DNA of 50,335 nucleotides from a virus: UHGV virus genome UHGV-1998140; one strand, 5' to 3'. Shown piece by piece: positions 28,756 to 38,622 of this stretch (position 1 is its first letter; each line of letters starts with the position of its first letter). The notes under the pieces were generated by a model. It saw only the letters and a program-made list of their open reading frames with translations, ran no database searches and was not told where the DNA came from. The position numbers and the translations under genes were made by a program.

Positions 28756-29033
28756 TAATCCCTCAGTACATCAATCAGGCGCGCCACATTCCCTCTAAAC
28801 CAGAGAACCGCAGCGCAGATAAGTATGTTCCCCAGCACCACCAGCCAGTTCGCTGACTCGTAAAGGCCGAACAGGAAACGAAATGGAATGCTGGCATACA
28901 CCAGCACCATGAGATAAGCGATGATCGAAATTCCCGGGCGATGCCGCGCGCCATCACGCCGATAGAACATCAGGATCAGCACAATAACCGCACAAATCAC
29001 AGCATTCACCAGAGCCGCCGGATTATTTACCAC
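28755..29033 (-). CDS. Holin
   Basis: 92 aa, three hydrophobic segments, charged C-terminus, immediately upstream of endolysin. Confidence 0.6.
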   Translation of the reverse strand: MVNNPAALVNAVICAVIVLILMFYRRDGARHRPGISIIAYLMVLVYASIPFRFLFGLYESANWLVVLGNILICAAVLWFRGNVARLIDVLRD

Positions 29034-29412
29034 TGGAGCCTCCTCCCCGTAGCCGGGTCAGCATACTGAACAAGCTATTCAGGTCCTGGCTATTTAGAAA
29101 AGTCAGCACCTTAATGATCAACGCAGAAATAATGACCGCACCCAGCGCATCAAGCGGGCGTTCTCTGTAACCGGTCCACACCGCTAACTTTGCCCCAAGC
29201 AAACCAGCGCCAAGTACGCCAACAATAAATGACGTAACGAAGTATGCTGCCAGACGCTTGCGGGTAATATCGGCCGCAGTTGCAACGTAAAACACGGCAC
29301 CGGCAAAAGCACCGAACACAACGCCATAATCAATTCCGGTTACCATGCCGAAAATACTGGCGCCCATGAGCCCGGCGGTCGCTATGGCAGTACCAGAAAC
29401 AGGTTCGGACAT
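29023..29412 (-). CDS. Holin-like membrane protein
   Basis: 129 aa, Gly/Ala-rich TM helices, first gene of lysis cassette. Confidence 0.5.
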   Translation of the reverse strand: MSEPVSGTAIATAGLMGASIFGMVTGIDYGVVFGAFAGAVFYVATAADITRKRLAAYFVTSFIVGVLGAGLLGAKLAVWTGYRERPLDALGAVIISALIIKVLTFLNSQDLNSLFSMLTRLRGGGSSGK

Positions 29413-29494
29413 TTACTTTCCCTCTTTTCGTTTGTGCATAAATTCACCTTCAAGGTTAAACGCCATGAACATACACACCATACACACAAATTAA

Positions 29495-29522
29495 TTGATT
29501 TAATGTGTATAGTGTGTATAAT
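29495..29522 (+). promoter_or_regulatory. Candidate hicAB promoter with operator repeats
   Basis: TTGATT -35, 16-nt spacer, TATAAT -10; ATACACAC direct repeats upstream and GTGTAT/GTGTGTAT around the -10. Confidence 0.45.
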
Positions 29523-29552
29523 TGAATCATCAGTTAGCGAGACGGAGGGAGT

Positions 29553-29735
29553 TTGAAAAGTTCGGAACTGATAAGGCTGTTAGAAGAAAATGGCTGGACG
29601 CTGGTAAGGGTAAAAGGCAGTCACCACACGTTCAAACATCCAGATTCTCCTAACCTTGTAACGGTACCCCATCCCAGCAAAGAGATTAAACCCGGCACCC
29701 TTCGGCAGATAATCAGAAAAGCAGGGATTAAATAA
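29553..29735 (+). CDS. hicA: HicA toxin (mRNA interferase)
   Basis: 60 aa, TTG start after GGAGG; MKSSELIRLLEENGWTLVRVKGSHHTFKHP matches the HicA signature. Confidence 0.8.
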   Translation: MKSSELIRLLEENGWTLVRVKGSHHTFKHPDSPNLVTVPHPSKEIKPGTLRQIIRKAGIK

Positions 29736-29791
29736 TCAGGAACGCGCCCTTCGGGGCGCTCCTTTACGACGAACTCCACGGGGATTTAAAT

Positions 29792-30205
29792 ATGCATTAC
29801 CCAGCATTTATCGAAATTGATAAAGACGGATCCGCCAGCGGATGGTTTCCTGATGTTGACGGCTGTATCTTTGCAGGCGATACGCTCGAAGATGCAATCT
29901 CTGATGCACATAGCGCCATTGACGCACATTTTGAAGCGATGGCAGAGCAGGAAATGGATATTCCTGCGCCAGGAAAAATGCAGGATCACATAGCCAGCGA
30001 TGCAGCTGATTACACTAACGGTCAGTGGGTGTTGATCCACGTAAACATGGATAAGTTTGATGGACGCACAGAGCGAATAAATATCACATTACCTCACCGC
30101 CTCTTGTATCAGATTGATAGCGCGGTGAAGAATAAACCAGAGTACAGCAGCAGAAGCGCCTTTATCGCCGCAGCAACTCGCAACGAGTTACACAGGGCAG
30201 GATAG
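29792..30205 (+). CDS. hicB: HicB antitoxin
   Basis: 137 aa immediately downstream of hicA; N-terminal HicB-like fold sequence and C-terminal RHH-like DNA-binding tail. Confidence 0.75.
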   Translation: MHYPAFIEIDKDGSASGWFPDVDGCIFAGDTLEDAISDAHSAIDAHFEAMAEQEMDIPAPGKMQDHIASDAADYTNGQWVLIHVNMDKFDGRTERINITLPHRLLYQIDSAVKNKPEYSSRSAFIAAATRNELHRAG

Positions 30206-30232
30206 TTTCCCCTCCGTCTCGCCCTTTACTGA

Positions 30233-31309
30233 TTATGCCCCCAAACCATCGGGGGCCATACTCTTAACTAATTCATTCATCTCTTTTACCGTCTGCTCAA
30301 ACCGCTCCTTTTCAAGTTCGACTCCAATCCCTTTACGGCCAAGGGCTGCAGCAGCTTTCAACGTTGAACCCGACCCCATAAAGAAATCGGCAACAATGTC
30401 TCCCGGTCTACTGCTGGCACTGATAATCTGCTTCAGCATGTCGGCCGGCTTTTCGCATGGGTGTTTACCCGGATAGAACTGGACCGGCTTATGTGTCCAG
30501 ACGTCCGTATAGGGAACAAGCGCTGAAACGGTGAAATGACGCCGGAGAGATTTGTATTCCTCCAGCAATTCCGAATATTTGCGGTTCAGAGAATGCCAGG
30601 TTGCTACCAACTCATGATGAGGTTGGGCCAACTCTTTTTTCTGATATTTCTCCGCGGCGACCATTGAAAATAGCGCCTGCAGTTTTAAATAGTCGCTTTC
30701 GTTTGGCAGCTGCCATTGGCTTATGCCGAACCAGTGCGACACCATGTTTTTTTTGCCGGTAGCGTCAGCTATCTGCTTAGCACTGACGCCAAGCGAATCT
30801 CGGGCATTACGGAAATAAGATATTAGCGGCGCCATCAAATGCTGCTTAAGGTCATTGCTCTTTTCCGTATTTCCATCATCTTTTGGCTGATACGGTCCCT
30901 GATAATGCCCAGCAAACAATATTCGCTCTGTAGCTGGAAAATAGGACCTTAAACTCTCTTTATTGTAGCCGTTCCACCGTCCCGATGGCTTCGCCCAAAT
31001 GATGTGATTCAGTACGTTAAACCGACCCCGTACTAAAATCTCGATATCTGAGGCAAGCCGATGACCAGAGAACAGATAAAGGCTACCGTTCGGCTTTAAA
31101 ACACGCCAGAACTGCGCCAGACACATATCAAGCCAATTTAAATAGTCTTCATCCCCTTCCCATTGGTTGTCCCAACCATTCGGCTTAACCTTGAAATACG
31201 GCGGATCCGTAACTATCAAGTCAATAGAGTTATCAGGGAGGGACGGAAGATATTGCAGGCAATCAGCGTTGATTAATTCAGCACTGGATATTTTTACAGT
31301 GTTTTTCAT
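30233..31309 (-). CDS. DNA methyltransferase (beta-class, N6-adenine or N4-cytosine)
   Basis: DPPY motif (LIVTDPPYF) near N-terminus and FxGxG (FFMGSGST) near C-terminus. Confidence 0.75.
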   Translation of the reverse strand: MKNTVKISSAELINADCLQYLPSLPDNSIDLIVTDPPYFKVKPNGWDNQWEGDEDYLNWLDMCLAQFWRVLKPNGSLYLFSGHRLASDIEILVRGRFNVLNHIIWAKPSGRWNGYNKESLRSYFPATERILFAGHYQGPYQPKDDGNTEKSNDLKQHLMAPLISYFRNARDSLGVSAKQIADATGKKNMVSHWFGISQWQLPNESDYLKLQALFSMVAAEKYQKKELAQPHHELVATWHSLNRKYSELLEEYKSLRRHFTVSALVPYTDVWTHKPVQFYPGKHPCEKPADMLKQIISASSRPGDIVADFFMGSGSTLKAAAALGRKGIGVELEKERFEQTVKEMNELVKSMAPDGLGA

Positions 31310-31730
31310 AGATCAGTAAGCAGGACTCTGTTAGGCTCACTATGCTTTTGCGCTAAAGCAGTGGGCCCTGGTTCGCTTGTGACCTTCTACATGAGCGAAT
31401 GGCTGGTCGGGTGCTCCAACACCCACCAGCCGCCCATTTTCACAGCAGAAAGCCCCCCGCTAAGGGAGGCGCTTATAACATCCGAATTGATAGTCCGATA
31501 AACCTGCCATTACGAGCTGCGTTAAAATTAACTGGCAGCGTTCGCGCGTCAGATGTGTGTTTTACGAAATCTCCCCAACCGTAGCTGGCTCATCACTCAA
31601 CTCATTTAAAACCGCTCGCGCCAATTCCGTCATATTATCTTGATTTAGCATGTCTTTTTCCTTTTTTAACAGTACGACACACAGATAACTCTGGTTGCTA
31701 ACCCCATCAAGAAGTAATTGCAGAAGGCAT

Positions 31731-31753
31731 AAAAAAACCCCGCCGTAGCGAGG
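31731..31753 (-). terminator. Candidate tR' (late leader terminator downstream of Q)
   Basis: Minus-strand stem CCUCGC-UACG-GCGGGG with one G-U pair (C-A mismatch on plus strand) followed by 7 U. Confidence 0.5.
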
Positions 31754-31790
31754 TTATTTATAAAAATGGCAAGATATCAAATTACTTTAA

Positions 31791-31819
31791 AATATGGCTT
31801 ATTTTGTTGCATTTTGCAA
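31791..31819 (-). promoter_or_regulatory. Candidate late promoter PR'
   Basis: TTGCAA -35 (31814-31819), 17-nt spacer, CATATT -10 (31791-31796) about 26 nt after Q stop. Confidence 0.3.
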
Positions 31820-31844
31820 GCCTATTTGACGAAGATAGCCAACT

Positions 31845-32543
31845 TTAATCACATTTTTCCGTTCTGGCCTCTTCTATTTTTTCATGATGCCTGTAGATGT
31901 CCTGCAATGCATTGCTATCCATCTCAACAAATGCCTTTTTAAGCCGTTCCCAGTGCCCGGCATAAACCCTTTTCCAGGTTGAGCGGTCAACTGAAACCAT
32001 ACGTGCCAGAGCTGCGCCAGCGTAGGCTTTATACGTTTCATTATTCCGGGTCGCTGCAACCTCCTGACCAGCCAACCAGACCAGTCCCACAAGCTTTTTT
32101 ATTACTCTCGATTGGATCGCCCTGCCCACTTGATAGCTCTGGTATTCAGTCCAGACGTGTTCGCACATCAACGTCTGGTAACGGAAATTTAGATCGAAGC
32201 CATAGCAATAGCGCACCCATGCCTGGTGATGTTCTTCCAGCAGGTTTACAGCGCGCCGCCACGGCGAATAACCGAATTCAATATCATTGATGGGCGGCAT
32301 TGGTCGACGGCGGCTGCGGGTCTCCATCACATAAACTGGAGTAGTCAGTGCCTTAACCACCGACGGGCCACAACCGATTCCCCCATCCAGATCGACAAGA
32401 TGGCGAGAGCACCGTGGATTTTTATTCTTGTCTGCTGGTGGATTCTCGCTAAATGCCTCGAGTTGTCCCTTTGTTGCACCGGATAAATCCAACAACGCTC
32501 GACGCACTTCAATACGGGTATATTCCAGATTTTGTAGGTTCAT
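31845..32543 (-). CDS. Antitermination protein Q-like
   Basis: Start placed at ATG 32543 (MNLQNLEYTRIEVRRAL) after the upstream gene stop; lies immediately upstream of candidate PR'/tR' and the late genes; family from memory. Confidence 0.5.
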   Translation of the reverse strand: MNLQNLEYTRIEVRRALLDLSGATKGQLEAFSENPPADKNKNPRCSRHLVDLDGGIGCGPSVVKALTTPVYVMETRSRRRPMPPINDIEFGYSPWRRAVNLLEEHHQAWVRYCYGFDLNFRYQTLMCEHVWTEYQSYQVGRAIQSRVIKKLVGLVWLAGQEVAATRNNETYKAYAGAALARMVSVDRSTWKRVYAGHWERLKKAFVEMDSNALQDIYRHHEKIEEARTEKCD

Positions 32544-32563
32544 ACTGCTCAATGCTCCATACA

Positions 32564-33622
32564 CTATGCTTTTATAATTGCGCCGATCGCCAGCACCCGA
32601 TCCAGGAAACGCGCAAACAGTTCTAACTGCGTGCCATATTTCTTCTCGAATGCCGCAAGATCGGTATGTAATTCTTCGTGGCACACTCTGCACAGTGGGA
32701 TCACGAAGAGGTCATGTGCTTTTGTTGCTGTACCGCCCATCCCATGCCCGATGATATGGTGCGGGTCGTCTGCCGGGCGGCGGCAGCCCTCGCAGGGTTG
32801 CGTTTTAACCCAACGAGTGTACTGCTCACAGGTCCAACGGCGCCGCTTCGGTCGCAGCATGAACGACTCTGGTGATTCAGGATCTACCTTTAATGCCAGA
32901 ATCTCCGCCTGCTGCTCGGTCTGCAGGAATTCGTTATTCCTGCGCTTCGTCGCAACTCCTGCAGGTTTCACTTTCTCCTGCAGAACGCTGGTGGCCGCTG
33001 GCATCGGAATAATGTCGCTTTCTTTATAAACTGATAAAAATGGCTCCTCCGGCATACGCAGAGCGCGCTGCGCCATGGTCTCCGTAATGGTGTCGGCAAT
33101 ACCAGACTGCACAGCCCACCAACACAGCTCAGCGAGAGAAAGAGAGCGTTCTTTGTTGTAGCCAAGGGCGATCAGTACGGTATCAATAACCCAGTCGATG
33201 ACGTTTTTCAGCGCCAGATCCTGGAGTTCCGCTGTAGTCTGTTCACGCAAATTATTGTCGCAGTACCAGCACACCAGAAGCGCACCGGGCGGGTACCGCA
33301 TGGTTACCAACTCAGCGTGGTGGTATTCGGAGTGAGGATACTGGCATGCCTTATGCCGGTAATTAAGCCAACGTTCGAGCGCTGATAACCCACCAGCAGC
33401 CTGGATCACGCGCTCATCGGAAAAGAACGCATGAAGGGTGGGATCCTCTGCCAACGGCTGCCGGGCATCTGGTACCCGGCCAGACGGCAACCGGGCCATA
33501 TTTTGTGGCTCAGCCTCTACCAGGACACGCCCGGCAGAAAAGAGCCGCATAAGTTCTCGCCCTGGTTTGAAAAGCACAACGCCAAGGCGCGGTACGATTT
33601 CGGGAGTAAGTAAAGCCCTCAT
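32564..33622 (-). CDS. Prophage protein with C-terminal HNH/zinc-finger-like motif (DUF968-like)
   Basis: 352 aa; C-terminus CEGCRRPADDPHHIIGHGMGG ... CRVCHEELH; position between methyltransferase and Q. Confidence 0.45.
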   Translation of the reverse strand: MRALLTPEIVPRLGVVLFKPGRELMRLFSAGRVLVEAEPQNMARLPSGRVPDARQPLAEDPTLHAFFSDERVIQAAGGLSALERWLNYRHKACQYPHSEYHHAELVTMRYPPGALLVCWYCDNNLREQTTAELQDLALKNVIDWVIDTVLIALGYNKERSLSLAELCWWAVQSGIADTITETMAQRALRMPEEPFLSVYKESDIIPMPAATSVLQEKVKPAGVATKRRNNEFLQTEQQAEILALKVDPESPESFMLRPKRRRWTCEQYTRWVKTQPCEGCRRPADDPHHIIGHGMGGTATKAHDLFVIPLCRVCHEELHTDLAAFEKKYGTQLELFARFLDRVLAIGAIIKA

Positions 33623-35553
33623 GCAACCTCCCTCTGCTCAGGTATGCACATTTCCGGTAAATTTGCCCTTACCAGTGCTTCAGCGAATGGTGGAGGAACA
33701 GCGTTTCCACAACGAGCGACCTGTTTATCTTTTGCATAACGATTACCGCGGTAATCGCGATCAATAATGTAATCCGCAGGAAATCCCTGTGCCCTGTATA
33801 ACTCATGAGGCTGCAGCATGCGCATTCCAATATCGATAATCTGATATTTGACGCCGTAGATCGTCACCAACCATTCATTTGGGTTTTCTCCACAGTACGT
33901 TTCAAGGAAGGTTCTAACTTCTCCTACATGTTGGCCACCAGCGGTGATCGTAGGCATTGGGTCGTCCAGTGGCTGCCCGTCCTGGCATGTACCACGAAAC
34001 TTGACCAGATGAGAGGCAACAACAGCGTGATGATCTACTGTCGTCACAGAATGCGTCGGTTCATCAAGGCCGATCCCCGGCCCGGTATAATTTCCACCGT
34101 AGTGCTTTGCCAGGAACGCGCTGACCGTCGCAAACTTATTGCCGCCGGCGGTGACCGTACCCAGGGGATTATTTAGCTTCAGTACCCGTGGCTCCTGGCC
34201 TGGACGTTCACCGTAGCCCATCTGGATCAGAGTAGGCGTCACCAGTTGCGATTTACCGCCGCCACCAGCTGTGATTGTTGCGCTGGGCTCATCCGCCCGG
34301 TGCCCGATGCTGGCGCCAAACTGGCGCGCGATAATCGGAGCGACGACACAGGCGCGCGACTCTTTCAGGACGGTGTGAACGGGTTTATTCAGCGGCCGTG
34401 GTTTCGCCTGATATTCACTACCACCGTTTCCCGCGAGGAACGGGATCAGACCCGCCTCAACAATCCCCAACGCATGCCCATTCCCGCCCGGGCGCTTAGA
34501 CGTGCCGGCGGTTACCGTCGGTAACGGTTCGGAGACTGGCTGCCCGGTGGCTCCAGTTCGGAATTTTGTCAGATGAGGTACCGCAATTGCGTAGCCGTGG
34601 GTTTTCGTAATCGTTTGTAGCGGATCGTCCAGCGCCTGTCCTCTGAAACAATCATATTTGCCTTTAGTGGTCGTATGGTTGCACTTCACGATGAATGGCG
34701 ATGCGCTCTCAATAACGAAGCGCTGTATGCCGCGCGCAATACGTTTCAGCGTATTCTCTGCCAACGGTTTTTTTCGGTCGAAAATAGACTTCGCCGGAAT
34801 ATCCCAGTCGATACACTCAGCAGCGGTTCGCCATGGCGCCAGTCTTCCGCTCTGTACTTCCAAAGATTTCGGATCCCCATGGGTTGGCGCTGGCCAGCGT
34901 ACACTTTCACCGTCGCAGCGCATCACCATAAAGAAACGTTTGCGGATGGTCGGCGCCCCGAAGTCGCAGGCGCGCAACTCGCGGTAATCGATGTTGTATC
35001 CCAGCCCCTGAATCAAAGACAAAGCATGCTCGCTACCTGGCGCGATGGACAGAAACTCGCACACCTCCGCAAGCGCCGGATGATCCGGATCAATGCCGGT
35101 AGACAACATGCCAACGAATGCAGCAAACGTTTCTCCGGTACGCGCCGGATCCGGGCGCATCTCATCCTCCAGCAGCGGCCCCCAGGTTTTAAACTCTTCG
35201 ACGTTCTCCAGCATCATGACGCGGGGACGCTTCGCCAGCGCCCAGCGAATGACGACCCACGCCAGTCCCCTGATCTCTTTTTTTACCGGTTTCGCGCCCT
35301 TGGCTTTGGAGAAGTGCCGGCAATCCGGGCTGAACCATGCGAGACCTACAGGGTTTCCGCCCGTCGCCGCCACCGGATCGACATCAAATACAGACTCACA
35401 GTAATGCAGCGTATCCGGGTGGTTCGTCTTGTGCATGGCAATGGCGTTTTCATCATGGTTGATGGCGATGTCAACACTGCGCCCAATCGCCAGCTCGATT
35501 CCGGTAGACGCGCCGCCGCCGCCAGCAAAGTTATCAACGATAATCTCACGCAT
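33619..35553 (-). CDS. DNA (cytosine-5)-methyltransferase
   Basis: Start at ATG 35553 with AGGGGG RBS; motif I FAGGGG, PDC-containing motif IV, ENV motif (MMLENVEEF). Confidence 0.85.
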   Translation of the reverse strand: MREIIVDNFAGGGGASTGIELAIGRSVDIAINHDENAIAMHKTNHPDTLHYCESVFDVDPVAATGGNPVGLAWFSPDCRHFSKAKGAKPVKKEIRGLAWVVIRWALAKRPRVMMLENVEEFKTWGPLLEDEMRPDPARTGETFAAFVGMLSTGIDPDHPALAEVCEFLSIAPGSEHALSLIQGLGYNIDYRELRACDFGAPTIRKRFFMVMRCDGESVRWPAPTHGDPKSLEVQSGRLAPWRTAAECIDWDIPAKSIFDRKKPLAENTLKRIARGIQRFVIESASPFIVKCNHTTTKGKYDCFRGQALDDPLQTITKTHGYAIAVPHLTKFRTGATGQPVSEPLPTVTAGTSKRPGGNGHALGIVEAGLIPFLAGNGGSEYQAKPRPLNKPVHTVLKESRACVVAPIIARQFGASIGHRADEPSATITAGGGGKSQLVTPTLIQMGYGERPGQEPRVLKLNNPLGTVTAGGNKFATVSAFLAKHYGGNYTGPGIGLDEPTHSVTTVDHHAVVASHLVKFRGTCQDGQPLDDPMPTITAGGQHVGEVRTFLETYCGENPNEWLVTIYGVKYQIIDIGMRMLQPHELYRAQGFPADYIIDRDYRGNRYAKDKQVARCGNAVPPPFAEALVRANLPEMCIPEQREVA

Positions 35554-36433
35554 GGACCGCCCCCTGCATGCTGCTGACCAGCCCACCAGCAATGGTTATG
35601 ATCTCGTTAATTGATGTGCGCTCCAACCACAGCTGGTTGATGTGGGCTTTCAACTTGTTCTGCTGGGACTCTTCCAGATCGCTGGCCCCTTCAACCTGCC
35701 CAAATGCCAGATTGACTTCCAGCGGCCAGATGCGAGATTCAATAACATGCTCGACCACTGGTTTAGCAGCCGGAGTTGGAGCCACATCCTTCGCCGGAAA
35801 TAACAGCCCAGCGGCAAACTGCGCCAGCGCCATACTTGCGCGCCCTTTCGCTTCCAGCTCTGCGCGATCGATATAGCTAAAACGCTCACCGCGCCAGGCC
35901 TTATCGAATACCGCAATGGCCCCCGCAAAGAAAGCGCTGGTGGGTTTCTGCTTTTCGTCGGCCGGCACAAACCATACAGGGAGATCGAATCCAATACGAC
36001 CACGAATAAACATGATGTGATCGGCATCTTCCGGCCACCATGTTTCACTTGTTGCTGACTTAACGAGGTAAATGTAGCGACCACCCTTTTCACGCTGCTC
36101 GGCGGTATATTTCATGATATGAGTCATGCCAGTTATGGCTTGTTTTTTATGGTACTGCGAGCGGCTGTAGGGCGGATTAGCAAAGGCTGCACCGCCGAGT
36201 TCAGCCAGTCGCCCAGACCAGTCCTGTGTTAATGCATTATCTTCAGCGGTATACCATGCCGGGCATTTCGCATTGCTGTCGTCAGCAAACAGATCCAGAA
36301 CAAGAGGACCAAATAACGCATTAATTCCCCAGAACAAAAGATCAGGTGTACGCCACTGATCACCAACTTCTTTTAAGTAATGGGACGGTGCAGCGCGCAT
36401 TGCTTCCAGCGATTCACAATATGCATTCATCAC
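35546..36433 (-). CDS. Phage-type N6-adenine DNA methyltransferase
   Basis: 295 aa with NPPY motif (FANPPYS). Confidence 0.7.
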   Translation of the reverse strand: MMNAYCESLEAMRAAPSHYLKEVGDQWRTPDLLFWGINALFGPLVLDLFADDSNAKCPAWYTAEDNALTQDWSGRLAELGGAAFANPPYSRSQYHKKQAITGMTHIMKYTAEQREKGGRYIYLVKSATSETWWPEDADHIMFIRGRIGFDLPVWFVPADEKQKPTSAFFAGAIAVFDKAWRGERFSYIDRAELEAKGRASMALAQFAAGLLFPAKDVAPTPAAKPVVEHVIESRIWPLEVNLAFGQVEGASDLEESQQNKLKAHINQLWLERTSINEIITIAGGLVSSMQGAVHA

Positions 36434-36687
36434 GCCAGTACCTCCTGCACTACTTTCTCGACATGCGACACTCGGCCTTCCAGATCCGCAACGCTATCAA
36501 CAAGCTCATCAACTGCCAGCTGTGCACGATGTTTGGCCTGCATCAGTTCACGCAACGCCGGTACCAGCGCTTTTTTAAGCGCGTCCTTTGTGGCCCCCGT
36601 CTTTTCCAGCTGTTCGGCACGTTTGAGCATATCTTCAGCCTGGCGGCGCAGTTGTTCAGGGGTTGGTGATATAACCTGCGATTTCAT
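36430..36687 (-). CDS. Hypothetical coiled-coil protein
   Basis: 85 aa, start overlaps upstream stop. Confidence 0.5.
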   Translation of the reverse strand: MKSQVISPTPEQLRRQAEDMLKRAEQLEKTGATKDALKKALVPALRELMQAKHRAQLAVDELVDSVADLEGRVSHVEKVVQEVLA

Positions 36688-37547
36688 GAGCGGAATCCTT
36701 TTGGAACTGTGTACTTAACGTCTGAATAACTGGACCTGAACGCTGGATCTTCAGCCCCTCCTTTAGCCCATTTCCCGTTTTTCTTCTCCGGGCGCCCGGC
36801 CTTGTCCCAGTTACCTGCACGCTTGAGATAGCCAGGAAAATTTTTCGGGATGAACAATGTCGTCGGGCGGAGATATTCTTCCTGTTCTGAGTCTTTCCAG
36901 TCCTCGTTTTTGTAGTCCACCACCAGCGCCATTTCTGCAACGGTAAATCCTTCACGGAGACGAGCCCTGATATGTTCAAGCGACGTAGCGCAGACCTGAA
37001 AGCGTGAGCCAGTGGTTTGGTTTAGATGGGTCAGAACTTGTTTTGCTAAATCAGTGAGCACCACTTGCGGGTCTGGTTCCGCAGGAACCGGACAAGAAGG
37101 TTTTGAACCTACTGATGGATCTGTATTTGAATTTACTGACGGATCGTGTCCAGTTTCTGGACCCTGAGAACCCTGATTTTTTGGCTCTTTCGGACGTCCA
37201 AATTCCGAAGGTTCAGATTCTGAACGTCCAGATTTTGGACCCTCGTAATGCTCATTTGCAGCCTGACGAAGCTTGGTAACATTCAGGGTGTAAAGGTTGC
37301 TGGTGCTGCGCTGGCCCAGGCGACGTTCTTTTTTGGTCAGCCAGCCATCTTTAACCAGCTCGCCGATCAAAGTAATAACGGTACTGCGCCCGGCGCCGAG
37401 CTGGCGTGCAATAGTCGCAACGCTTGGATATGCGATCCCCTCATCGCTGGCGTAATCAGCTAGGCGGAGCATGATCAATAACTTATTGCCTTTGATGCCT
37501 GCCGCGGCGCAACCATCCCAGACATATGCGGATAATTTAACGCTCAC
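36684..37547 (-). CDS. Putative replication initiator / replisome organiser (HTH N-terminus)
   Basis: 287 aa, GTG start at 37547 after GAGGA; N-terminal winged-HTH-like segment (PSVATIARQLGAGRSTV). Confidence 0.55.
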   Translation of the reverse strand: MSVKLSAYVWDGCAAAGIKGNKLLIMLRLADYASDEGIAYPSVATIARQLGAGRSTVITLIGELVKDGWLTKKERRLGQRSTSNLYTLNVTKLRQAANEHYEGPKSGRSESEPSEFGRPKEPKNQGSQGPETGHDPSVNSNTDPSVGSKPSCPVPAEPDPQVVLTDLAKQVLTHLNQTTGSRFQVCATSLEHIRARLREGFTVAEMALVVDYKNEDWKDSEQEEYLRPTTLFIPKNFPGYLKRAGNWDKAGRPEKKNGKWAKGGAEDPAFRSSYSDVKYTVPKGFRS

Positions 37548-37702
37548 TTATCAATCCTCTTGAATCTGGCACGGAAGATAATCATCGGAGCAACACACTC
37601 CCAGTCATATCCCGGGCGGCGGTAAATCACACGCTGGCGGGCAGCGTCATAGCCAGTTACATGCACAACAATGCCGTGTTGGTCGCGATAAAGGCGGTCC
37701 AT
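37544..37702 (-). CDS. Small hypothetical protein (52 aa)
   Basis: ATG at 37702; its TGA overlaps the GTG start of the replication gene (GTGA); not in ORF track. Confidence 0.35.
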   Translation of the reverse strand: MDRLYRDQHGIVVHVTGYDAARQRVIYRRPGYDWECVAPMIIFRARFKRIDK

Positions 37703-37724
37703 TGGTTGAATATTCTCTTCCAAA

Positions 37725-38444
37725 TCAACCTCCCATCAGTTCAGAGGCGTAACGCTGTGCTATCCACTGGACGCCGCGGGGAGTTACTCGGGTTTGGGTG
37801 TAGGCATGGCCATAATCCGATGTACCCGTTTTGACGGTAAACAGGCCTTCGCGCTGACGCAGGGCATGAGGTAGCAAGTTGCCGGACTGACGGAACAGCA
37901 CCTTGTCGCGCAGCAGCGTGTCGATCATGGCCTTTTCCGGCATGTTCAGGATTTTTGCGGTTTCACGCAGACTTTTGGCGCCGCCGGCTTCGACATACTG
38001 ATTCACGAACGCCACCTTAGGCGCGTCCTGCTGGACCTTAAGTGAGAGCTTCGCATTCCTTTCCGCCATGTCGGCCGCCAGGCGAAGTGCCTCTGGCAAT
38101 GTTTGCGGTATAGCGTTGACGCTGTCCTCTAACTCACGCAGACGACGGATGATCTTCATGCGTAGCGGCGCGCTGTACCCGGCGATTAAACATTCCGTAT
38201 GCTCACGGTCGAGACGGTATTCCCGGTATTGCTGGTGGTTCTGGGGGTGTGTCCAATAATGGGCATACCCCTCCAGGGACTCTCCCAACTGCTGCATCAT
38301 CGCTTCGATGTCACGCACCACATGCTTATGCTGCTTGCCAGTGAGAGAAGATATCTCACGGCTACTCATGGTAGCGGCGCCAGCGATGTAAGGAGAGGCA
38401 TGAACTAAAGATGAAGTCGGCTGGTTATTTACCTGCTGCGCCAT
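37725..38444 (-). CDS. Rha-family regulator / KilA-C antirepressor-like protein
   Basis: Start at ATG 38444 with GGAGGG RBS; N-terminus [24 protein letters not shown] is Rha-like; C-terminal half KilA-C-like. Confidence 0.65.
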   Translation of the reverse strand: MAQQVNNQPTSSLVHASPYIAGAATMSSREISSLTGKQHKHVVRDIEAMMQQLGESLEGYAHYWTHPQNHQQYREYRLDREHTECLIAGYSAPLRMKIIRRLRELEDSVNAIPQTLPEALRLAADMAERNAKLSLKVQQDAPKVAFVNQYVEAGGAKSLRETAKILNMPEKAMIDTLLRDKVLFRQSGNLLPHALRQREGLFTVKTGTSDYGHAYTQTRVTPRGVQWIAQRYASELMGG

Positions 38445-38622
38445 TCTGCTTCCCTCCCTTTGCAATAAAGTCCCCCACAGCCCACTCTGTAAAACTGTGG
38501 TTAACCTGGGCCCACCCACCCGGTATTCTTACGGCATAGCAATACGCAATAACGCTTTTACCACCGCGAACTGGTAACGCGCGAAGTTGCGATCGCTGAT
38601 TATTTGCGGTTAAATTGCTCAT
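38425..38622 (-). CDS. Small hypothetical protein
   Basis: 65 aa from ATG 38622 with GGAGAAA RBS. Confidence 0.3.
   Translation of the reverse strand: MSNLTANNQRSQLRALPVRGGKSVIAYCYAVRIPGGWAQVNHSFTEWAVGDFIAKGGKQNGAAGK

Noticed and set aside
31399-31584. 61-aa plus-strand ORF between the methyltransferase and Q
   Set aside because: No RBS and biased composition; more likely part of the late-leader region. A 29-aa minus-strand ORF with AAGGA RBS at ~31566-31655 was also noticed but is too short to support.
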